Assembly: GCA_014802015.1 (NCBI GenBank)
Contig: JAAVDB010000001.1
Span: 25,856 to 89,855, forward strand
Direction: 5' to 3'
Length of the DNA stretch: 64,000 nucleotides
From: Bacteroides sp.
GTDB lineage: Bacteria > Bacteroidota > Bacteroidia > Bacteroidales > Muribaculaceae
The notes under the pieces were generated by a model, which saw nothing but the letters and a program-made list of their open reading frames with translations, searched no databases and had not been told where the DNA came from. The first letter of the stretch is position 1; every line of letters begins with the position of its first letter. The position numbers and the translations under genes were made by a program. Below, piece by piece: positions 1-8,569 of this stretch.

Positions 1-16
1 TCTGTAGTTTATTCTG

Positions 17-24
17 CAAATTTA
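17..24 (-). promoter_or_regulatory. Bacteroidetes sigma-A -7 element (TAAATTTG) pointing out of the left edge of the window
   Basis: Plus strand caaattta = TAAATTTG on the minus strand, matching TAnnTTTG in AT-rich DNA. Confidence 0.5.
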
Positions 25-97
25 GTAAATAAAGAACAAATGCAATCATTTAACGGGAAAATTTAGTAAAAAATCATTTTGGACTGACGATTGACCG

Positions 98-133
98 CCC
101 TGCATTTAACATTCATTGTCGAACGGCTCTAAA
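98..133. repeat. 36-bp direct repeat, copy 1 (CCCTGCATTTAACATTCATTGTCGAACGGCTCTAAA)
   Basis: Identical to 575-610. It contains the TAG stop (129-131) of the HTH gene. Confidence 0.95.
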
Positions 134-395
134 CAACGGTGATAATCGGCTGACCGAAAAATGATGATAGCATGGAGATGGTAGAAATTGTAAAATTGTG
201 TTCGCCACTCAGCCATCGTGTTATTTCATTCGGTCGTTTGCCAATTGCTTCGGCCAATTGCTTGCGATTCAGACCCCGTTCTTTCATTAGAATGTCCAAT
301 TTGTTTGAAATGGCGAATGACAGTCGTGTCTCTTCCCGTTTATCTTTAGGAATTTCATTGAAAATCTCTTGAAGAGAAATATTTACAGTTCTCAT
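129..395 (-). CDS. XRE/Cro-family helix-turn-helix protein (HigA-like antitoxin/regulator)
   Basis: 88 aa with HTH pattern LNRKQLAEAIGKRPNEITRWLSGEHNFTISTI. AT-richer than neighbouring genes. Confidence 0.85.
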   Translation of the reverse strand: MRTVNISLQEIFNEIPKDKREETRLSFAISNKLDILMKERGLNRKQLAEAIGKRPNEITRWLSGEHNFTISTISMLSSFFGQPIITVV

Positions 396-466
396 ATCTC
401 AAAAGTTTTATCTGTGATTATTTCCTTTTCGGTTATCTCTACATTACCGGAGTTGAGTTCTCTCAT
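392..466 (-). pseudogene. 24-aa mini-ORF (MRELNSGNVEITEKEIITDKTFEI) coupled to the HTH gene; possible relic of the partner (toxin) gene
   Basis: Translated by hand. Its TGA overlaps the HTH ATG (ATGA at 395-392), and it lies between the promoter at 493-500 and the HTH gene. Confidence 0.4.
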
Positions 467-492
467 ATATGCTGCTTTTGATTGTAATAACG

Positions 493-500
493 CAAAGATA
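493..500 (-). promoter_or_regulatory. -7 promoter element TATCTTTG for the HTH cassette
   Basis: Plus strand caaagata, a TAnnTTTG match ~100 nt upstream of the HTH start. Confidence 0.6.
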
Positions 501-574
501 TAAAAAAATGTTTTACATAAATGTAAAATTCAGGGCGAGATTTTATAAATGCGATAATATAAGAGTTGGTTCGA

Positions 575-610
575 CCCTGCATTTAACATTCATTGTCGAA
601 CGGCTCTAAA
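575..610. repeat. 36-bp direct repeat, copy 2
   Basis: Identical to 98-133. It abuts the U-tract of the dapA terminator. Confidence 0.95.
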
Positions 611-646
611 AAAGTGTCCGCTAAGAGGATTATTAACAGACACTTT
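608..646 (-). terminator. Intrinsic terminator of dapA
   Basis: Minus-strand stem AAAGTGTCTGTTAA / TTAGCGGACACTTT followed by a T run. Confidence 0.7.
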
Positions 647-663
647 ATATGGTTAATAGATAT

Positions 664-1551
664 TTACAGCAGTTCCTGACCGAGGTGGGTGCGGGTGATG
701 TCGGTGGCGGGGACAAGGGGGAGACGCAACACTTCGTTGTAACGGGGGAAGATGTGGTGCAGCAGACATTTGATGCCGGCGGGGTTGCCGTCCTTGAACA
801 GCAGTGAGTATAGTGCCGAGAACCGCTGGTGTAACGGTGTGGCCTCGTCATGCCGCTCGGGGTCGAGACTTAGGTGTATCATCTCGGTAAATTCACGCGG
901 ATATGCGTTGCCTAACACAGATATAACTCCGTCGCCTCCTTTTGCTATCATTGTGTGGGCCAATGAGTCGTCACCCGATAGTACGAGGAAGCCTTTGGGG
1001 CGGCGTGTGATGATCAGGGCTGCCTGATCCATATTGCCCGATGCCTCCTTGACGCCGATAATTTTGTCGGGGTATTGGCGTGCGAGCCGGATGATGGTGT
1101 CCACCTCCATATTTACGCCCGAACGTCCGGGGATATTGTATAGGATAACGGGTATGGGACTTGCCTCGGCGATGGCCGAGAAGTGACGGTACATACCCTC
1201 CTGTGTGGGCTTGTTATAGTAGGGGACTACCGAGAGGATGGCGGCAAATTCGCCGATGCGCTCGGTGTCACGCAGTTCCTCGGCGATGGCGCGGGTGTTG
1301 TTGCCGCCTATGCCTACGACTACGGGTATGCGTCCGGCCACGCGGTCAAGGATATGTTTCTCAAGCTTTTTCTTTTCCTCACGTGTGAGGGTTGGAGTCT
1401 CGGCGGTGGTGCCGAGCGCTACGATATAGTCGGCTCCCGACTCGACAAGATAGTCGATGTGGAAGTCGAGTGTGTCAAAGTCGATTGACTCGTCGGGCAG
1501 GAACGGTGTGGTCAACGCCACCCCCATACCTCTCAGTCTGTTAATCTCCAT
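664..1551 (-). CDS. dapA: 4-hydroxy-tetrahydrodipicolinate synthase
   Basis: GTTAE, VVPYYNKPTQEG, LYNIPGR, GVKEASG (Schiff-base Lys), LSGDD. The likely start is MEINRLRG at 1551, downstream of promoter TAATTTTG at 1590-1597, not 1620. Confidence 0.95.
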   Translation of the reverse strand: MEINRLRGMGVALTTPFLPDESIDFDTLDFHIDYLVESGADYIVALGTTAETPTLTREEKKKLEKHILDRVAGRIPVVVGIGGNNTRAIAEELRDTERIGEFAAILSVVPYYNKPTQEGMYRHFSAIAEASPIPVILYNIPGRSGVNMEVDTIIRLARQYPDKIIGVKEASGNMDQAALIITRRPKGFLVLSGDDSLAHTMIAKGGDGVISVLGNAYPREFTEMIHLSLDPERHDEATPLHQRFSALYSLLFKDGNPAGIKCLLHHIFPRYNEVLRLPLVPATDITRTHLGQELL

Positions 1552-1767
1552 AAAAAGAAAAATATTCTTGAAATTGTATAAATCCGCTACAAAATTAAGA
1601 AAAACATGCTGATTGTGCAAAATCCTGATGCCGAATAGCAGAATAATCTATCAAAAAGATTTTTGAATAGGGGTCCTGACGTATGTTACGGGTCAGGCGA
1701 TGATATAGGGTGAGTATTTTTAGCATTTTTTAGATGGTCGGTTGGGGAATGGTTGGGGAATAATGCG

Positions 1768-1775
1768 TATCTTTG
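1768..1775 (+). promoter_or_regulatory. -7 promoter element TATCTTTG for dnaE-trxA
   Basis: TAnnTTTG match ~38 nt upstream of the dnaE ATG. Confidence 0.65.
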
Positions 1776-1812
1776 AATCCGATTTTTTTTAGCTCTCATT
1801 TCTGATACCTGC

Positions 1813-4800
1813 ATGACACACCAGTTTGTACATCTACACGTTCACAGTCAGTATTCCCTGCTTGACGGTCAGGCATCCGTGACGGGGCTTGTCGACAAGG
1901 CTATGGACCTCGGCATGCCCGGCATGGCGCTTACCGATCACGGCAATATGTTTGGCGTCAAGGAACTGGCCAATTATGTGGGTAAGGTCAAGAAGAAATA
2001 CAAGGGTAAACTCGAAGAGGCCCGCGAGCGTCTGGCATCAGCTACGGATGAGGAGCGTGCCGGGATCGAGGCCGAGATAGCCAAGCTTGAGCAGAAGATC
2101 AAGTTCAAGCCGATATTCGGCTGTGAGATGTATGTGGCTAAAGGTTCGCTCACCGATCGCGGCGACAAGTCGGACAAGGGTCGTCATCTTGTGGTGCTTG
2201 CCAAAAATCTCAAGGGCTATAAGAATCTCATAAAAATAGTCTCACAGGCTCACACCGAGGGTTTCTATCACCATCCGCGTACCGACAAGCAGGCGCTGGC
2301 CGCGCATCGCGAGGGTCTGATAGTGTGCTCGGCATGTCTTGGAGGTGAGATACCACGACTGATAGCCACAGGTCAGACCGAGGAGGCCGAGCGTCAGGTG
2401 CTGTGGTTTAAGGAGACGTTCGGTGAGGATTATTATATCGAGCTGCAGCGTCACAAGACCGACCTGCCGGGAGGCAACCGTGAGACGTTTGCCGAGCAGG
2501 AGCGTGTCAACCCTATACTCATAGAGCTGGCCCGCAAGCATGACATCAAGCTTGTGGCGACCAATGACTCGCACTTCATCAATGCTGAGGATGCCGAGTC
2601 GCACGACCGTCTGATATGTATCTCGACCAACAATTATCTTGCCGATGCCGACCGAATGCGCTATACCAAGCAGGAGTGGTTCAAGAGTCAGGACGAGATG
2701 GCCGAGATATTCTCCGATCTGCCCGAGGCTCTTGAGAATACGCTGGAGGTAATAGATAAGGTGGAGGTCTATTCAATAGACCATGCGCCGATCATGCCGT
2801 TCTTTGAGATACCAAAGGAGTTCGGCACCGAGGAGGAGTATCGCCGGCGCATCACGGAGAAAGACCTGTTTGACGAGTTTACTCAGGATGAGAACGGTAA
2901 CGTGGTGCTGAGTCCGGAGAAGGCTCAGGCCAAGATCGATAAACTCGGCGGTTATGACAAACTGTACCGTATCAAGTTTGAGGCAGATTATCTGGCCAAA
3001 CTCGCATACGAGGGCGCTGACCGCCGTTACGGCTCACCTCTGACTCCCGAGCTTGAGGAGCGTATACGCTTTGAGCTGTATATAATGAAGACGATGGGCT
3101 TTCCGGGCTACTTCCTTATCGTGCAGGATTTCATCAACGTGGCACGTAAGGAACTCGGTGTGTCCGTCGGCCCGGGTCGAGGCTCGGCTGCGGGAAGTGT
3201 GGTGGCTTACTGTCTCGGCATCACGCAGGTCGATCCTATCAAGTATGACCTGCTGTTCGAACGATTCCTCAATCCCGACCGTATATCGCTCCCTGATATT
3301 GATGTGGACTTTGACGACGACGGTCGTGCCGAGGTGCTCCATTACGTGACCGACAAATATGGCGAGGACAAGGTGGCGCACATCATCACGTTCGGCACGA
3401 TGGCCTCGAAGTCGGCCATCAAGGATGTGGCGAGAGTCGAGCAGCTGCCTCTGTCCGAGAGCAACCGTCTGGCCAATCTCGTGCCTGCGCGTATGCCTGA
3501 CGGTCCTGACGGCAAGACGCTCAAGACCAATCTCAACAACTGCTACAAATATGTGCCCGAGTTCTCACAGGAACTATCGTCGGGCAATCCGCTTATAGTC
3601 GAGACGCTCGAATATGCCCGCCGTCTGGAGGGTAACGTCCGCAACACCGGCGTGCATGCATGCGGTGTCATCATCTGCCGCGACCCGATCACCGACTGGG
3701 TGCCGGTGGCGACAGCGGTGGACAAGAATCCCGGAGCCTCGGGCAACGATAAGATGATCGTGACCCAGTATGAGGGTTCGATCATCGAGGATACGGGTCT
3801 CATCAAGATGGACTTCCTCGGATTGAAGACGCTGTCGATCATCAAGGAGGCCATAAGCAACATCAAGAAGACACGAGGCATAGATGTGGACATCGATGCC
3901 ATCGATATAGCCGATCCGAAGACTTACGAACTGTATTGCCAGGGCAATACGGTGGGTACGTTCCAGTTTGAGTCGGCTGGTATGCAGAAGTATCTGCGTG
4001 AACTTCAGCCGTCGACGTTCGAGGATCTTATAGCCATGAACGCGCTGTATCGTCCCGGCCCGATGGATTATATCCCCGACTTCATCGCGCGTAAGCATGG
4101 CCGCAGCCCCATCGAGTATGATATACCCATCATGGAGAAGTATCTCAAGGATACTTACGGCGTGACGGTGTATCAGGAGCAGGTCATGCTGCTGTCACGA
4201 CTGCTGGCCAACTTCACACGCGGTCAGAGCGACTCGCTGCGTAAGGCGATGGGTAAGAAACTCATCGATAAGATGAACGAGCTTGAAGCTCTGTTCATGG
4301 AGGGGGGACAGGCTAACGGTCACGATCCCAAGGTGCTCAAGAAGATCTGGGACGACTGGAAGAAGTTTGCCTCGTATGCCTTCAACAAGAGTCACGCCAC
4401 GTGCTACTCGTGGGTGGCGTTCCAGACGGCATGGCTCAAGGCCAATTATCCGTCCGAGTACATGGCCGCCATTCTCACGCGCAACCGTTCGGACATCACC
4501 AAACTGTCGGGATTCATGGATGAGTGCAAGCGTATGAATATACGTGTGCTCGGTCCTGACGTGAACGAGAGCTTCATGGACTTCGGTGTGAACAGTCACG
4601 GAGACATACGTTACGGACTGGCTGCCATCAAGGGTGTCGGTGAGAATGTGGTCAAGGCCATTATCGCCGAGCGCGATACCAACGGTCCGTATGAGTCACC
4701 CTACGATTTCATCGAACGTGTGCCGTCGGGCACGGTCAACCGCCGTACGCTTGAAAACCTGGTGCTGGCGGGCGCGTTTGACAGCTATCCTGACATGAAG

Positions 4801-5631
4801 CGCGAGGATTATCTCGAGATCAATGCCAAGGGGGAGGCTTTCAGCGAGCAGCTGGTGCGTTACGGACAGGCGTTCCAGAACGACAAGATGTCGTCGGCCA
4901 TGTCACTGTTCGGCGACGATGCAGAGATGTCGACAGCCGGCCGTCCGCCGGTGACCCCTGCTCCGGAATGGCCTATGGTGACCAAGCTGGAGAAGGAGCG
5001 CGAACTCGTAGGCCGCTATCTGTCGGCTCACCCTCTTGATCCGTATTACATGGATCTCACCTACGGACTCGGATGCACGATCAAGGAGTTTAACGAGCGC
5101 GAGCCTGTCGAGGGCACAGATATACGTCTCGGCGGTATGGTGATCGATTTTCAGACCCGTCAGGGCAAGAAGGGCCCGTTCGGCATAATGAAGATCGAGG
5201 ACTATACGGGCAGTGTGGAGTTTATGCTCTTCGGACAGACCTATTTCGATTTCCACAACTACGGAGTGCCGGGAACACCTATACTTATCACCGGGCAGTA
5301 TCAGCGGCGGTTTGCCAACTCGGAGGTGAGGTTCAACATCATGAATATGCAGCTGCTGGAGAATGTCAAGGGCAAACTGGTGAGGAATATCACCATCAAT
5401 GTCGACATCAAGGGTATGAACAAGCTGCTGAAATCGATCATCGAGGAGCGCGTGAGCGGCGACGGCAATCCGACGGGCGAACTGGCATTCAAGGTGTTCG
5501 ACCCCTCGATCAACCGTGCGCTGCATCTGTCCTCGGGACGCAGGATACATATCACCAAGGAGCTGGTTCAGGCGCTTGATTCGCTCAAAGAGGGTGAGAA
5601 CAGCAACATATCATATACGATCAACGATTAA
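1813..5631 (+). CDS. dnaE: DNA polymerase III alpha subunit
   Basis: PHP domain HLHVHSQYSLLDG, GPGRGSAAGS, catalytic PDIDVDF, YAFNKSH, C-terminal OB fold. Confidence 0.98.
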   Translation: MTHQFVHLHVHSQYSLLDGQASVTGLVDKAMDLGMPGMALTDHGNMFGVKELANYVGKVKKKYKGKLEEARERLASATDEERAGIEAEIAKLEQKIKFKPIFGCEMYVAKGSLTDRGDKSDKGRHLVVLAKNLKGYKNLIKIVSQAHTEGFYHHPRTDKQALAAHREGLIVCSACLGGEIPRLIATGQTEEAERQVLWFKETFGEDYYIELQRHKTDLPGGNRETFAEQERVNPILIELARKHDIKLVATNDSHFINAEDAESHDRLICISTNNYLADADRMRYTKQEWFKSQDEMAEIFSDLPEALENTLEVIDKVEVYSIDHAPIMPFFEIPKEFGTEEEYRRRITEKDLFDEFTQDENGNVVLSPEKAQAKIDKLGGYDKLYRIKFEADYLAKLAYEGADRRYGSPLTPELEERIRFELYIMKTMGFPGYFLIVQDFINVARKELGVSVGPGRGSAAGSVVAYCLGITQVDPIKYDLLFERFLNPDRISLPDIDVDFDDDGRAEVLHYVTDKYGEDKVAHIITFGTMASKSAIKDVARVEQLPLSESNRLANLVPARMPDGPDGKTLKTNLNNCYKYVPEFSQELSSGNPLIVETLEYARRLEGNVRNTGVHACGVIICRDPITDWVPVATAVDKNPGASGNDKMIVTQYEGSIIEDTGLIKMDFLGLKTLSIIKEAISNIKKTRGIDVDIDAIDIADPKTYELYCQGNTVGTFQFESAGMQKYLRELQPSTFEDLIAMNALYRPGPMDYIPDFIARKHGRSPIEYDIPIMEKYLKDTYGVTVYQEQVMLLSRLLANFTRGQSDSLRKAMGKKLIDKMNELEALFMEGGQANGHDPKVLKKIWDDWKKFASYAFNKSHATCYSWVAFQTAWLKANYPSEYMAAILTRNRSDITKLSGFMDECKRMNIRVLGPDVNESFMDFGVNSHGDIRYGLAAIKGVGENVVKAIIAERDTNGPYESPYDFIERVPSGTVNRRTLENLVLAGAFDSYPDMKREDYLEINAKGEAFSEQLVRYGQAFQNDKMSSAMSLFGDDAEMSTAGRPPVTPAPEWPMVTKLEKERELVGRYLSAHPLDPYYMDLTYGLGCTIKEFNEREPVEGTDIRLGGMVIDFQTRQGKKGPFGIMKIEDYTGSVEFMLFGQTYFDFHNYGVPGTPILITGQYQRRFANSEVRFNIMNMQLLENVKGKLVRNITINVDIKGMNKLLKSIIEERVSGDGNPTGELAFKVFDPSINRALHLSSGRRIHITKELVQALDSLKEGENSNISYTIND

Positions 5632-5672
5632 TCAACCAATATCATTCATAACATCATTCAACAATTACAATT

Positions 5673-5993
5673 ATGACTTTTACAGATCAGAACGTACATG
5701 AAATCATCGCATCGGGTCAGCCCGTAGTTATTGACTTCTGGGCCACATGGTGCGGTCCCTGTGTAAGAATGGCTCCCATCGTGGAGGAACTCGCTCAGGA
5801 GTATGAGGGCAAGGTTGTCATCGGTAAGTACAATATCGAGGAGGAGAACGATCTGGCTATGAAGTATCGTATCATGTCTATCCCCACCATCCTTTTCTTC
5901 AAGAACGGCGAGCAGATTTCGAGCCTGCGCATGGCCGGTGCCCAGCAGAAGGATGCCCTCAAGGCACGCATCGACGAGCTCATCGCTATGTAA
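5673..5993 (+). CDS. trxA: Thioredoxin
   Basis: WCGPC active site and cis-Pro motif SIPT, 106 aa. Confidence 0.95.
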   Translation: MTFTDQNVHEIIASGQPVVIDFWATWCGPCVRMAPIVEELAQEYEGKVVIGKYNIEEENDLAMKYRIMSIPTILFFKNGEQISSLRMAGAQQKDALKARIDELIAM

Positions 5994-6021
5994 TCAAGCT
6001 TGATTCGAACTAATAGATAAT

Positions 6022-6067
6022 GTCGGGAGATGACCGGCCGGAATGGCGGGTTGTCTCCCGACTTTTT
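6022..6067 (+). terminator. Intrinsic terminator of dnaE-trxA, between convergent genes
   Basis: Stem GTCGGGAGA...TCTCCCGAC followed by TTTTT. Confidence 0.75.
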
Positions 6068-6474
6068 CATTCCGGGAACTCGGCGCCTACGTCGAAACAT
6101 GGACATGCCTTGGCCGCAAATTCGTTGTGGCCGTGAATTGTCACGCCGGGATGGCGCGAACGCAGTTGTTCGACAAGTGTCCTGAGTGCTGATTTCTGAG
6201 CCGGTGTGCGCGTGTCGGCCGGAGTGGCACCGTCACGTGAGAGTCCGCCCACGTATACTATGCCTATTGAATCGGCATTATATCCGCGGCAGTGTGCGCC
6301 GATGCGTCCGACGGCACGCCCGATATGTACGGTGCCGTCGAGATAAATTACGTAGTGATAGCCGATGCAGTCAAATCCGCGAGCTCTGTGCCAGCTGTCA
6401 ATATCTGTGACGGTTACTTCGCGGCCTTCGGGAGTGGCGGTGCAGTGGATGATGAGACGTGTGATTTTTCGCAT
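6067..6474 (-). CDS. N-acetylmuramoyl-L-alanine amidase (Amidase_2, T7-lysozyme-like)
   Basis: IIHCTAT, IGYHYVI, GAHCRGYN, GHNEFAAKACPCF Zn-ligand motifs. Own promoter TAACTTTG at 6517-6524. Confidence 0.9.
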   Translation of the reverse strand: MRKITRLIIHCTATPEGREVTVTDIDSWHRARGFDCIGYHYVIYLDGTVHIGRAVGRIGAHCRGYNADSIGIVYVGGLSRDGATPADTRTPAQKSALRTLVEQLRSRHPGVTIHGHNEFAAKACPCFDVGAEFPE

Positions 6475-6581
6475 GATTCAGGGATGTTACAGTGTGGGTG
6501 TTGTGTGTTTGCTATGCAAAGTTACACACTGAAACAGGGCCTAATGGTGCGATAATGTCGTGGAGATAGTGAAAAAAATTT

Positions 6582-7592
6582 TCAGCACTTCGGCTCTTCG
6601 CGCAGGCGGTAGTCGTTGCGCAGACGCTCAAAGTCGGCCGGGGTGGATTTAAGTGCCTTGGTGTCAGCAAGAATATCGTATGCCACCATGTCAGCAGTAA
6701 TCGTGTCGGGAACCGGTGCTACAGCCGGAGCATCGGCCCGTAGCGGTTCATTGAGTCCGAGATATTGCGACAATGACTGAAGCACCATGTCCGTAGCCCG
6801 TATCTTGCCCTGACGCGAGTAGCCGGCTATGTGAGGCGTGGCGATGAATGCACGGTCAAGCAGATCGGGTGAGATGGCTGGTTCCCCCTCCCAACAGTCG
6901 ATGCCCACCGCTCCGATTAGGCCTGAATCGAGTCCGTCGAGCAGTGCCTTGGTGTCTGTCACCGGACCGCGTGCGGCGTTGAGTATTAATGGCTTGTGGC
7001 GAAGTGACGAAATGAATTTGCTGTCGATGAGGTGATAGGTCGGATGACTGCCCCCACGGGTCAGCGGAGTGTGCACGCTTATTACATCACACTCGCGTGC
7101 GATGTCGTCGATTGACGAATACGTGTACGCATGCGGCGCCGACTGCTGTAACGGCGGATCATTTACGAGAACTCGCATGCCCAGACCCTCGGCCCACCTT
7201 ATTAATATAGAGCCTACATGTCCGGCGCCGATGACACCGAGCGTGATGTCGGATAACGGACGGGAAGCGGGAAAATAGCTGAGTATAGCGGCGAGAACCC
7301 ATTGTGCGACTGCCGGCGCATTGCACCCCGGAGCGTTAGCCACTCTGATGCCGCGGGCGGCACAGTAGGGGAGGTCGATATGATCGGTGCCGATAGTGGC
7401 TGTGCCGATGAATCCGCATGTCGACCCGTCAAGAAGTGAAGCGTCACAGCGGGTGCGGGTTCTGGTCAGAAGTATATCCGCGTCAGCCATGACCTCGGGA
7501 GTGATTTCCGAGCCCGGAAGCATTATGGTGTCGCCGAGCGTGCGGAGGGGACGTTCGATAAACGGAATGTTGCGGTCTGCTACAATTTTCAT
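6582..7592 (-). CDS. pdxB: Erythronate-4-phosphate dehydrogenase
   Basis: MKIVADRNIPF, TATIGTDHID, NAPGCNA, GAGHVG, LNAARG, TPHIAGYS. Confidence 0.92.
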   Translation of the reverse strand: MKIVADRNIPFIERPLRTLGDTIMLPGSEITPEVMADADILLTRTRTRCDASLLDGSTCGFIGTATIGTDHIDLPYCAARGIRVANAPGCNAPAVAQWVLAAILSYFPASRPLSDITLGVIGAGHVGSILIRWAEGLGMRVLVNDPPLQQSAPHAYTYSSIDDIARECDVISVHTPLTRGGSHPTYHLIDSKFISSLRHKPLILNAARGPVTDTKALLDGLDSGLIGAVGIDCWEGEPAISPDLLDRAFIATPHIAGYSRQGKIRATDMVLQSLSQYLGLNEPLRADAPAVAPVPDTITADMVAYDILADTKALKSTPADFERLRNDYRLREEPKC

Positions 7593-8545
7593 ATCGATGA
7601 GGCGGCCCAGGCGTAAAGACCCGAGTAGGCTGCGATGAGGGTTAAAATCAGAATGTAGCCACGTCGTGAGGCGGTGGCGCGGAAGAAGTGTCCTACCTGC
7701 ATGGCCACACAGGCGTTAAGCAGAGTCACGTAGGTGGGCAGAGCTGTGAAATTGATAATGGCAAGTACACCCGTGTAGATGCCGAGCATCGCGAGAAAGC
7801 CGTTGTAGGCTCGCGCCCGCGCATTGAATCCGAGTATGCGGAGCAATGATGTGGAGCCGAACACGAATCCTGTCACCATAGTGAACAGTACCGTACAGAG
7901 GAATGGCCATGAGCCGGGTGTCTCCAGCAGCAATGTGGGCGGGGTGAAGAATATGTGCGGCAGCCTGAAATGAGTGATGGGTATAAGGTCAAGACCGAAT
8001 ACTATCCACGGCGGGGTGATGAGGCCGATGATGGCTGCGATAATTTTTTTGAAACGCAGTATGCGCATCTGCACCATACCCACGAAGAAGACCGGGACGT
8101 AGAAGAGGAATCTCCAGTCGACCATCGTGCCGGCACTGAGCAGGCAGAAGATCAGAAAGATGCGTCGGTCGCTGCGGCGCTGGTGATAGAGGGTGAAGAG
8201 TATGCCCATGCACCAGATGACTATGCCTGCGAGCAATGATGACGGGCTGAGGACTCCTGCCACGCCGGGTGTGGCACACGTGATGAAGATAAAGTAGGCG
8301 GCAAAGAATACCGACAGTGTACGCAGCAGCGTGAAGGTGCGGTTGATGCCAATCATCACCAGTGCCGTGGCCATGATGACGGAGATATTGGCCACGCAGG
8401 ACAGCTCGGGGAATGTTCCGAGCCATCCTGCGGGCGTTATCGACGGGAGACACCGCCACGTCATCCACACTCCGATAAAGGATAGGATGAGACCGACTCC
8501 GCGTGAGCGGAGGATATTGGTGAAGCGGGTCTCTTTGCGGGTCAT
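7589..8545 (-). CDS. Polytopic membrane protein (DUF6427-like, commonly downstream of purD in Bacteroidales)
   Basis: About 8-9 hydrophobic segments. The stop overlaps the pdxB start. The family name is from recall of synteny only. Confidence 0.6.
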   Translation of the reverse strand: MTRKETRFTNILRSRGVGLILSFIGVWMTWRCLPSITPAGWLGTFPELSCVANISVIMATALVMIGINRTFTLLRTLSVFFAAYFIFITCATPGVAGVLSPSSLLAGIVIWCMGILFTLYHQRRSDRRIFLIFCLLSAGTMVDWRFLFYVPVFFVGMVQMRILRFKKIIAAIIGLITPPWIVFGLDLIPITHFRLPHIFFTPPTLLLETPGSWPFLCTVLFTMVTGFVFGSTSLLRILGFNARARAYNGFLAMLGIYTGVLAIINFTALPTYVTLLNACVAMQVGHFFRATASRRGYILILTLIAAYSGLYAWAASSI

Positions 8546-8569
8546 TTCCGGGTATTTGAGATTGAGTGT

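Noticed and set aside
98-610. CRISPR array (36-bp repeats; the minus strand begins GTTTAGAGC like type II repeats)
   Set aside because: Only two exact copies, separated by 441 bp containing a gene. There are no ~30-bp spacers and no cas genes in the window.
1813-5631. Intein or unusual insertions in DnaE
   Set aside because: The insertions (coiled coil in the PHP domain; TEEEYRRR...KLYRIK segment) are short, lack intein C/S...HN ends and LAGLIDADG motifs, and are recalled as typical of Bacteroidales DnaE.
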